64,000 bases of DNA from a virus. The notes beneath the pieces were generated by a model, which was not told where the DNA came from, did not search any database, and was given only the letters and a program-made list of their open reading frames with translations. This document shows positions 56,375 through 64,000 of this stretch, in pieces; within the stretch, counting starts at the first letter, position 1, and each line of letters starts with the position of its first letter. The DNA is taken from positions 1 through 64,000 of the IMG/VR virus record IMGVR_UViG_3300025131_009354; one strand, written 5' to 3'. The position numbers and the translations under genes are program-made.

Positions 56375-57214
56375 TTGGCAGGTAAACACATCTCTTATTC
56401 TGAGTGGCGGAACTGGCATGTTTGCCCTCACTACCATAAACTCACTTACATTGATAAAGTAACTCAGTTCCAGGGCAATATTTTTACAGCCTTTGGCAAA
56501 GCTCTTCACACTGTTTGTGAGTTTACTTTGACTTCCCCCGAAAAGTACAGACAAACCGGCGCTATTGAGGCGCTAGTTAAAGAGCAGTTCTTGAAAGAAT
56601 TGAAGGCTCTGCCCGAGAGTGAGCAGCAAAGAGCTAAACGTGATTTCAAACTCAAAGAGTGGCTTGTAAGTGGAATAGAAATCATTCCTGACCTTTACCG
56701 TTGCCTGACCGACAAGTTCGGCAAGCTGGGTGAGGACTGGGAAGTACTCAGGGCAGAAGAGCAACTCTATGTGCCCATCACCGAATTCACGGAAGCAGAA
56801 AAAAACTTCAAAGGCTTTATCGACCTTGTGGTTTATTCCAAAAAGGATGAAAAGGTTCACCTGATTGATTGGAAGACCTGCTCGTGGGGATGGAAGCGTG
56901 AAAAGAAGAGCGACAAAATCCTCGCTTACCAGCTTGTCTTCTATAAGCATTTTTATGTTCAGAAATATGAAGTAGACCCAAAAGATGTGGATTGTCACTT
57001 CGTTTTGCTGAAGCGGACAGCCAAGGCCGGAAAGAAGGCAGAGTTTGTGCGTGTAACGGCAGCTAAAAAAAGAACAACTGACGCCCTTAACGCCTTGACA
57101 AAAGCATTGCATAATATCAATAAACAGAACTATATTAAGAACCGGGCAGCTTGTACAAATTGTAAAGACCGCTTTGGAACTTGTGAGTTTTACCAAACGG
57201 AACATTGTCCATAG
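56375..57214 (+). CDS. PD-(D/E)xK RecB/Cas4-like exonuclease
   Basis: HISYS, CP, FG.ALH, KGFIDLV, LIDWKT, QL..Y, C-terminal Cys cluster. Confidence 0.85.
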   Translation: MAGKHISYSEWRNWHVCPHYHKLTYIDKVTQFQGNIFTAFGKALHTVCEFTLTSPEKYRQTGAIEALVKEQFLKELKALPESEQQRAKRDFKLKEWLVSGIEIIPDLYRCLTDKFGKLGEDWEVLRAEEQLYVPITEFTEAEKNFKGFIDLVVYSKKDEKVHLIDWKTCSWGWKREKKSDKILAYQLVFYKHFYVQKYEVDPKDVDCHFVLLKRTAKAGKKAEFVRVTAAKKRTTDALNALTKALHNINKQNYIKNRAACTNCKDRFGTCEFYQTEHCP

Positions 57215-57226
57215 GAGGATATTCTT

Positions 57227-58501
57227 TTGACAGAGAAAAAGAAGATAAAAATATTAACACTGAGCGACCACCCCTTGTTGCCTTCTGGTGTCGGCACTCA
57301 GACAAAATATATAATACAAGCATTATTGGATAGTGGAAAATTCTCTGTCCTTTCTCTAGGTGCAGCCGTAAAACATAAAGATTATACTCCTGTACGTGTC
57401 CAGGGCTATGAGGAAGATTGGCAAATCATTCCAGTTGATGGTTATGGTACACAAGAGCAAATTAGAGTACTCTTGGCACAATATGAACCAGATATACTTT
57501 ATTTCATGACCGACCCTAGATTCTATCATTGGCTATGGGGAATGGAACATGAAATCAGACATGCTGTTCCTATGATTTATTACCATGTATGGGATAATAG
57601 GCCTTATCCGGTTTACAACAAATCTTTCTATGATTCTAACGATATGATCGCCACTATTTCGAAGGTGACGAGTGATATTGTCCAGACAGTCTCCCCAGAT
57701 GTTAAAGAGCAGTATATTCCTCATGCTGTTGACACAACTATTTTTCGCCCAGCCGAAACGCCGGAAGAAATTAAAAAGTGTGTAGAAATAAGAGATGCTG
57801 TCCCTCATATGAATGAGGATAAGTTTATAGTATTTTGGAATAACCGAAACGCCCGCCGCAAACAGAGTGGCACGTTACTGTTCTGGTGGAAAACCTTCTT
57901 GGATAAAGTAGGGCATGATAAGGCTACCTTAATTATGCATACTGATATCCGAGATGAACATGGGCAGCCTTTGGACTATATCCTAGAACATTTGGGACTA
58001 AACAAAGGACAGGTTGTATTTTCTGTTCAGAAGATGCCGGCTGAAGAATTGTGTAACTTCTACAGATGGGCAGATTGTACGGTAAACATTGCTGACGCAG
58101 AAGGGTTTGGATTGGCAACTCTAGAGTCTCTTGCTTGTGCAACTCCAATCATCGTGTCAATGACTGGTGGCTTACAGGAGCAAGTAACAGACGGAGAAGA
58201 GTGGTTTGGCGTCGGACTTGAGCCAACTTCTAAGTCACTAATAGGTTCTCTAAACGTGCCATTTATTTATGAGGATAGGGTCAGCGAAGAGTCTTTTGTC
58301 AATGCTTTGGAAAAGATATACAACATGACGCCCGAAGATCGAACAGCCCTAGGACAAAAAGGTCGGGAACATGTAATGAAGAATTATAATTTCGAAAACT
58401 TCAAAGAAACTTGGGTTAGAACAATGTTAGAACTCCATGAAAGTTGTGGATCTTGGGAGAATAGAAAAAATTATCAATCTTGGGAGTTAAACACAGTATG
58501 A
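57227..58501 (+). CDS. GT-B (GT4-like) glycosyltransferase
   Basis: SDHP..PSGVG, IPHAVD, NRNARRK, EGFGLATLESLAC. Confidence 0.88.
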   Translation: MTEKKKIKILTLSDHPLLPSGVGTQTKYIIQALLDSGKFSVLSLGAAVKHKDYTPVRVQGYEEDWQIIPVDGYGTQEQIRVLLAQYEPDILYFMTDPRFYHWLWGMEHEIRHAVPMIYYHVWDNRPYPVYNKSFYDSNDMIATISKVTSDIVQTVSPDVKEQYIPHAVDTTIFRPAETPEEIKKCVEIRDAVPHMNEDKFIVFWNNRNARRKQSGTLLFWWKTFLDKVGHDKATLIMHTDIRDEHGQPLDYILEHLGLNKGQVVFSVQKMPAEELCNFYRWADCTVNIADAEGFGLATLESLACATPIIVSMTGGLQEQVTDGEEWFGVGLEPTSKSLIGSLNVPFIYEDRVSEESFVNALEKIYNMTPEDRTALGQKGREHVMKNYNFENFKETWVRTMLELHESCGSWENRKNYQSWELNTV

Positions 58502-59802
58502 GCAACAAGGTTAAAAAAGTATTATTAGTCGGCCCAATCCTGTCGAATAGTGGGTATGGTGAGCATGCCAGGTGTGTTTTGCGTTCTCTTATCAGGAACA
58601 TAGAGAAGTTTGATATTTATATAGCACCAACATCCTGGGGCGCAACGTCTACAGACACCAGGGACACACCCGAAAACAAATTCATCATTAATTGCATCAA
58701 GAGGACACAACAGTATAAGGAAGGTAAATATGACATTTCCCTCCAGGTTGCTCTTCCTAATGAGTGGAAGAAAATAGCTCCAATAAATATAGGCATCACA
58801 GCGGCGGTTGAAACAGATAGGTGTAACCCAGAATGGATCCGCAATTGTAATGAGATGGATAAGGTTATTACGATATCTGAGCATGCTAGTACATCCCTCA
58901 CTAAGCACGCTTACCCACTACAGGATAAACAAGGGAACCATGTTGGAACCCTTAGTTGTGAGAATAATCCCAAGGTGATAGGGTACCCGGTCAAGGAATA
59001 TATTCCTGATGATTTCTCTAAAAATTTAAATATCTCAGAGAAATGTTTCTTATCTGTTGCTCAGTTCGCTCCACGAAAAAATGTTGAGGCTCTTATCCGA
59101 TCTTTTGTGGAAGAATTTAAGGAAGAAGAAGTTGGACTAGTGTTAAAGGCAAATATGGTAACAGACTCAATTATTGACCGTCGAAACACCAGCCAACTAA
59201 TTGGGCAAATGCTTAAAGCGATAGACCCAAAGGATAAACGCAAATGTAAGATTCATCTATTACACGGACGCCTAACCGAGGACGAGCTTCATTCATTGTA
59301 TAGCGATCCTAGAATATTCGGATATGTAACGACTACTCATGGAGAGGGTTTTGGACTCCCGGTATTTGAAGCAGTATATTCAGGGCTTCCGGTAATAGCA
59401 CCAACTTGGTCTGGGTATTTGGATTTTTTAAAGGCCCCGGTAGTAAACGAGACATCCGGAAAGGTAAGGTCAAAAAACCTATTCCTTAAAACTCGTTTTG
59501 AGCTAAAGCCGGTAGATCCCCGTGCAATTATGCAAGGAATTATCATAGAAGGGTCACAATGGGCATATATCGATGAAAAGCATTTTAAGAAAAATATGAG
59601 ATCGTTATTAGAATCTCCTACATCTTATAGAAATGATGCAAAGATATTACAAGAACACATAAGAAATAAGTTTTCGGAAGAAAAAATATACTCTAAATTC
59701 TTAAATGAGATATTGGATTCCCTTGGCAGCCATCCCGATTTAGCTCCGAAACCGGGGTTAGACGAGGATGACTTTGCTTTATTTAAGACACAAAATCTCT
59801 GA
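58498..59802 (+). CDS. GT-B (GT4-like) glycosyltransferase
   Basis: SGYGEHAR, PRKN, GEGFGLPVFEA, WSGYLDF. Confidence 0.88.
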   Translation: MSNKVKKVLLVGPILSNSGYGEHARCVLRSLIRNIEKFDIYIAPTSWGATSTDTRDTPENKFIINCIKRTQQYKEGKYDISLQVALPNEWKKIAPINIGITAAVETDRCNPEWIRNCNEMDKVITISEHASTSLTKHAYPLQDKQGNHVGTLSCENNPKVIGYPVKEYIPDDFSKNLNISEKCFLSVAQFAPRKNVEALIRSFVEEFKEEEVGLVLKANMVTDSIIDRRNTSQLIGQMLKAIDPKDKRKCKIHLLHGRLTEDELHSLYSDPRIFGYVTTTHGEGFGLPVFEAVYSGLPVIAPTWSGYLDFLKAPVVNETSGKVRSKNLFLKTRFELKPVDPRAIMQGIIIEGSQWAYIDEKHFKKNMRSLLESPTSYRNDAKILQEHIRNKFSEEKIYSKFLNEILDSLGSHPDLAPKPGLDEDDFALFKTQNL

Positions 59803-60656
59803 TGAAGAAAAAATTAATCCTTCAACCCGGCAAAATGGGGGATATAGTTATCACCACTCCGATCGCACAATATTATGCGGATCAAGGATACGAGGTAGTG
59901 TGGCCCGTATTTGATAACTATATAGATTATTTTAAACAGTTCCCAGACATCAAGACATTCTCCTTGGGGGTGTCGATGAATCCTTATGTTTATTACACAA
60001 ATACACGCATCGATGCAAATAACCCAGATGTGTTTATAATGGCGGGGGTTGAATTCTTTCGAAAGTTGGCGGCGTGGTTGACCAAGCAACCCGACCAAGA
60101 AGAATACGAGGTTTTAGATTTTTGTTTTACATTTCCAGGACATCGTAATGACATAAATAATCAAATGACCCAGATTTTCTCAAAAAGAAATAGAAACTGG
60201 ATTGACTTAAAATATTTTCTCGCCAATGTTCCTCTGCAAGAGAGGTGGAATTATAGCTGGACCCGCGACTTAGAAAAAGAACAGAAGCTCTATAATTTTA
60301 TCACTTCTTACGCTAAAGAAAAGTATGGATCCGAAAAATATTCCATAGTACACCAGTATAAGAATGGAAAAAAACTCCCAGAAGTGGAAGTATCCAATCC
60401 AATCAATTTCTCTTATATTAAAGGTTACGAAATATATGACTGGACGATGGTGTTAGAAAATGCCCAAGCTATTATGTGTGTAGATTCGTGCTTGGCTAAT
60501 TATGTGGAAGTTATACCATCTCTGAAAAAGGTAACTAAACATTACCTTGGAAGCGAAGAGCCTCACTTCCACCCCTACATGAGAAACATCTTAATTAACA
60601 ACTGGATAAACCACTCGGAGTCTGATGTGGCGTATAACGAATTTTCTCTGGACTAA
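59802..60656 (+). CDS. GT9/heptosyltransferase-like glycosyltransferase
   Basis: GKMGDIVITTP; CVDS. Confidence 0.55.
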   Translation: MKKKLILQPGKMGDIVITTPIAQYYADQGYEVVWPVFDNYIDYFKQFPDIKTFSLGVSMNPYVYYTNTRIDANNPDVFIMAGVEFFRKLAAWLTKQPDQEEYEVLDFCFTFPGHRNDINNQMTQIFSKRNRNWIDLKYFLANVPLQERWNYSWTRDLEKEQKLYNFITSYAKEKYGSEKYSIVHQYKNGKKLPEVEVSNPINFSYIKGYEIYDWTMVLENAQAIMCVDSCLANYVEVIPSLKKVTKHYLGSEEPHFHPYMRNILINNWINHSESDVAYNEFSLD

Positions 60657-60659
60657 GAA

Positions 60660-61058
60660 GTGTTAACAGGATTCACTAACGGATGTTTTGACATTATACA
60701 TGTTGGCCACCTAAGATTAATAAGTTCTCTTACTGAGAGAGTAGATCATCTAGTGGTTGGTATCGATAGTGATCGAATGGTGAGATCTTCCAAGGGTAAT
60801 GACCGACCCTATAATAACCAAGAGGATAGAAAATTTTTCCTTGAGAATATTAAAGGCGTGGCGGAAGTTTTTATCTTTGATTCTCACGACGAATTAAGAT
60901 CCCGGTTAGAGAACTTAAACCCGGATCATATGGTGGTAGGGTCAGATTACAGACACAAAGAGGTGATCGGATCAGAACACGCAAAAACTTTATCTTTTTT
61001 TGAGGTTATAGATGGATATTCAAGCACTGAAATCTTACAATATACTTCTTCTGGGTGA
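60660..61058 (+). CDS. HldE/RfaE domain II-like adenylyltransferase
   Basis: FTNGCFDIIHVGH, VGIDSD, KG.DRP, VGSDY, YSST. Confidence 0.88.
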   Translation: MLTGFTNGCFDIIHVGHLRLISSLTERVDHLVVGIDSDRMVRSSKGNDRPYNNQEDRKFFLENIKGVAEVFIFDSHDELRSRLENLNPDHMVVGSDYRHKEVIGSEHAKTLSFFEVIDGYSSTEILQYTSSG

Positions 61059-61806
61059 TAGTTGCACAGACATGTATCATTATGGGGTGTGTGAGCGTCT
61101 GAGTCAAGAAGCGCCAGTTCCCGTCTTTAAGTTGATTTCGACGGAACACAAACCCGGCATGGCATCAAATGTAGAAAAAAATATTCTGGCATTCAACAAT
61201 AAGGTAACTCTAGTATCTAATGACCCTTCTTTAATAACAAAAGAGAGGTTCATCGATAATAAATTCAACCAGCAACTTTTGAGAATAGATAAAGGCGAGG
61301 GAGCTTCACTCCAGCCATTATCCAAAATCCCTAACAACATAGAAGACTATGACTGTGTAATTATCTCTGATTATAATAAGGGGTTTCTTAGGCACGAAGA
61401 GTGCTTAAAGATATCTTCTCTGTGTGCGCGACATAAAATCCCTTTCTTTGTTGATAGTAAAAAGCAAGATTTATCATGTTTTGAGGGTGCTATTTTGAAG
61501 ATAAATAAAAAAGAAGCTGAACAGGTGGTAAAATATCCTATAAACTATGATATAATTATTACATTGGGTGGCTCTGGTGCCCAATGGTTGGACAACTGTA
61601 TACCTTCGATCGCGACTGAAGTGTTTGATGTTTGCGGCGCAGGAGATACTTTTTTTGCATCTTTGGTAGAGGAATTTTTGAATACAAAAGATATGATAAA
61701 ATCTATACAATATGCCAACCGGTGCGCGTCCATAACTGTATCAAAAATTGGAGCCCACGCTCTGACTGCCGAAGAGGTCTGTGAAGTAAATGAAATTAAA
61801 GTCTAA
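61012..61806 (+). CDS. HldE/RfaE domain I-like PfkB kinase
   Basis: RLSQEAPVP, GMASNV, QQLLRID, ISDYNKG, DVCGAGDT. Confidence 0.88.
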   Translation: MDIQALKSYNILLLGDSCTDMYHYGVCERLSQEAPVPVFKLISTEHKPGMASNVEKNILAFNNKVTLVSNDPSLITKERFIDNKFNQQLLRIDKGEGASLQPLSKIPNNIEDYDCVIISDYNKGFLRHEECLKISSLCARHKIPFFVDSKKQDLSCFEGAILKINKKEAEQVVKYPINYDIIITLGGSGAQWLDNCIPSIATEVFDVCGAGDTFFASLVEEFLNTKDMIKSIQYANRCASITVSKIGAHALTAEEVCEVNEIKV

Positions 61807-62560
61807 AATCGCATCTGCAAGTTCAATCGAGGAAAAGATCCTCTGCCTACAGGACTCCTATAAGGGGAGAGATTGTTATATCTTGACTTGCGGTCAATCA
61901 TTGAACGAGTATTCTAAAAAGGAACTTGATGATCTTTTGGCAGACGAATTAGTCCTCAGTGTGAAACAGGCATACAACCGGCACCCCGAGATTAGTGATT
62001 TTCACTTTTTTAATTGTTGTAATCTTCCTGTAGGAGAGGATAAATTCATACATTACGACTATAAAGATTCCGATACTATTTCTATAACTTCTAGTAATTA
62101 TTCTCCCGCTCTTCGGTGGTCTCCGTATCAAGAACATGATATTTTCCTAAAAGTCCCGATCCGAACGGAGAAAAACAATGAGTTTATTTGCCGCACTAAG
62201 AACTTTGATAAGTTTCTCCTAAGCAACGGACACCAAAGACCATCAGGGCCAGGGATCATGCTAGAGACAGTCATATATACAGCAGTTCATCTTGGGGTAA
62301 AGAACATATATGCCCTTGGTTGGGACTTGAGCGCCAAGAACATCACCAAGGTTGACGAATATAACCACTTTTTTGGTTCAACATTGGATTTGTTGAACCG
62401 GGGAGACATGTTAGATTGGGAGATAGGGGAAACAAGATCCGCATCAAAAGAGTTGTATTATTGGCTACAGTCCAAGGGAATATCTTTACATCTTGTTTCA
62501 TCTCAAAGTTCTCTATATGAAAACATACCCCGTGTTAGATTAGAGGATATCCAACAATGA
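61790..62560 (+). CDS. Maf/DUF115-like protein, possible nonulosonate transferase
   Basis: CYILTCGQSL; LGVKNIYALGWD. Confidence 0.55.
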   Translation: MKLKSKIASASSIEEKILCLQDSYKGRDCYILTCGQSLNEYSKKELDDLLADELVLSVKQAYNRHPEISDFHFFNCCNLPVGEDKFIHYDYKDSDTISITSSNYSPALRWSPYQEHDIFLKVPIRTEKNNEFICRTKNFDKFLLSNGHQRPSGPGIMLETVIYTAVHLGVKNIYALGWDLSAKNITKVDEYNHFFGSTLDLLNRGDMLDWEIGETRSASKELYYWLQSKGISLHLVSSQSSLYENIPRVRLEDIQQ

Positions 62561-62922
62561 AGAAGCCTGATACCTCATTAGTTAATTTTGTCCCAAAGGG
62601 GTGGGGATTCGAAAAATGGATCGCCAACTCAGAAGAATATTGTGGAAAGCTTCTATATTTCGTAAAAGGAAAACAATGCTCTTGGCACTATCACAAGCTT
62701 AAAGATGAGGTCTTTTATATACAATCTGGACGAGTTCTAGTAAAATATGGTGAGTCCGATGATATTAAAGAGTCCAACGAGCTTATTTTATCAAAGGGTG
62801 AGAGGTTCCACGTAACACGAGGACTTCGCCATCGCATTATTGCTCTTGAGGATACTGAGTTATATGAATTTTCAACACAGCATTTTGATAGTGATAGCTA
62901 TCGCCTAGCGAAAGGAGATTGA
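62557..62922 (+). CDS. cupin sugar isomerase-like protein
   Basis: VPKGWG.E, YCGK, SWHYH..KDE.FY, H, EFST, DSYR. Confidence 0.8.
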   Translation: MKKPDTSLVNFVPKGWGFEKWIANSEEYCGKLLYFVKGKQCSWHYHKLKDEVFYIQSGRVLVKYGESDDIKESNELILSKGERFHVTRGLRHRIIALEDTELYEFSTQHFDSDSYRLAKGD

Positions 62923-63010
62923 TTATTAACTATACAATTCTCTGTGGCATAGTGTATACTGTTCCTGAGAGAAAATTATTTACCTCAATGTAACAATGTA
63001 AGGATGTACA

Positions 63011-63850
63011 ATGTCAGATACTAATGCTTTTATTATTGCAGAAGTGGGGATCAACCACAACGGAGATATAAAAATAGCAAAAAAGCTTATTGATATCGCC
63101 CATAGTTCCGGCTGTGACGCAGTAAAGTTTCAAAAAAGAACTATCAATACCGTTTATTCCGAGGATGTCCTTGACTGTCCCCGAGAGAGCCCCTGGGGAA
63201 CCACCCAGAGACAACAAAAAGAGGGATTAGAATTCGGGAAGGAAGAATATGACATAATTGATGAGCACTGTAGAGAATTGGGGATCAAGTGGACATCCTC
63301 TGCTTGGGATATTGAAAGCCTATATTTTATTAATAATTACAATGTCCCGTTTCATAAAGTCGCTTCTGCTATGTTAACTCATACAGAGTTTCTTAATGAA
63401 GTAGCTAAGTGCAGGAAACATACTTATATTTCCACAGGACTATCAACAATGGAACATGTCGATGCTGCGGTAGAAATATTTAAAAATAATGACTGCCCCT
63501 TTACTCTTCTGCATTGTGTGTCAACTTACCCGACAAAAGAAGAAGATAGTAATCTTTTGACTATAAAATCTTTAGAGGAAAAGTATGGCTGTGGTGTCGG
63601 ATATAGTGGACATGAATCTGGCGGACTACCTACCCTTGTGGCCGCGGCATTAGGAGCACCAGTTATTGAGAGGCACATAACCTTAGATAAGGAAATGTAT
63701 GGATCGGATCAGTCAGCTTCTTTGAATCCAAAAGAATTAAAAGAGTTGGTTTCCACTATTAGACAAGTTCAGAAAATTCTCGGGAACGGAAAAAAATCTT
63801 TACTCGACGATGAGATTCCAATTGCCAATAAATTAAGGTACTGGGAATAG
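63011..63850 (+). CDS. neuB: N-acetylneuraminate/nonulosonate synthase (NeuB family)
   Basis: IIAEVGINHNGD, AVKFQKR, KVASA, ISTG, LHCVSTYP, GYSGHE, IERHITLD, GSDQSASL. Confidence 0.93.
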   Translation: MSDTNAFIIAEVGINHNGDIKIAKKLIDIAHSSGCDAVKFQKRTINTVYSEDVLDCPRESPWGTTQRQQKEGLEFGKEEYDIIDEHCRELGIKWTSSAWDIESLYFINNYNVPFHKVASAMLTHTEFLNEVAKCRKHTYISTGLSTMEHVDAAVEIFKNNDCPFTLLHCVSTYPTKEEDSNLLTIKSLEEKYGCGVGYSGHESGGLPTLVAAALGAPVIERHITLDKEMYGSDQSASLNPKELKELVSTIRQVQKILGNGKKSLLDDEIPIANKLRYWE

Positions 63851-63858
63851 AAGAAAAG

Positions 63859-64000
63859 GTGAAAGTATTAATAACAGGTGCTACTGGGGGACTAGGGAGA
63901 GAGCTAGCATCTCAGTATGCTATGGCAGGACATGATTTATGTTTGGTAGCAAGGGACAAGTATAAACTAAACGATATTAATTCTAAACTATCAAGCCAAT
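63859..64000 (+). CDS. short-chain dehydrogenase/reductase, truncated by window end
   Basis: MKVLITGATGGLGRELA...LVAR. Confidence 0.8.
   Translation, partial: MKVLITGATGGLGRELASQYAMAGHDLCLVARDKYKLNDINSKLSSQ

Noticed and set aside
56375-57214. Cas4-like nuclease as evidence of a CRISPR-Cas system
   Set aside because: No repeat-spacer array or other cas genes seen; solo Cas4/RecB-like nucleases are common in phages

Overview
Gene-dense, almost entirely plus-strand, AT-leaning segment that reads best as part of a large (jumbo) bacteriophage genome. It has Shine-Dalgarno sites, sigma70-like promoters, many small orphan ORFs, six tRNAs and a tmRNA, with host-type auxiliary genes scattered singly. 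No terminase, major capsid or polymerase gene lies in the window, so the phage call is an inference. Recognisable cargo: FtsH, GroEL, ClpP, an FKBP PPIase, a J-domain protein, glutaredoxin, GuaB-like dehydrogenase, a Dam-type methylase, a MoxR AAA+ ATPase with a distant vWA/metallopeptidase partner, a complete yeaH-spoVR(ycgB)-prkA(yeaG) module followed by cysteine synthase, eukaryote-type phosphomannomutase, a minimal TilS inside the tRNA cluster, PIN-PhoH, a Cas4/RecB-like nuclease, and a glycosylation island (GTs, split HldE, NeuB). Two promoter classes are visible: CTTGAC-type promoters with a 16-nt spacer, and a CTATTTAT/TANTTA motif that is probably late. Top candidates for novelty: (i) the PrkA-YeaH-SpoVR module behind the putative late motif; (ii) unrelated proteins sharing an N-terminal 'MKIT..L..II.EE' leader, a candidate capsid-targeting signal, plus a 1120-aa ligase-like/nuclease-like/HxGH polyprotein; (iii) a translation kit (tRNAs for AT-rich codons, an A34 tRNA-Ser(AGA), TilS with tRNA-Ile2) matching an apparent early/late codon split; (iv) surface-protein mimics (Cys-repeat/vWA lipoprotein, PilX-like pseudopilin) suggesting a high-GC Myxococcota-like host. 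All calls come from motif recognition by eye; no searches were run.
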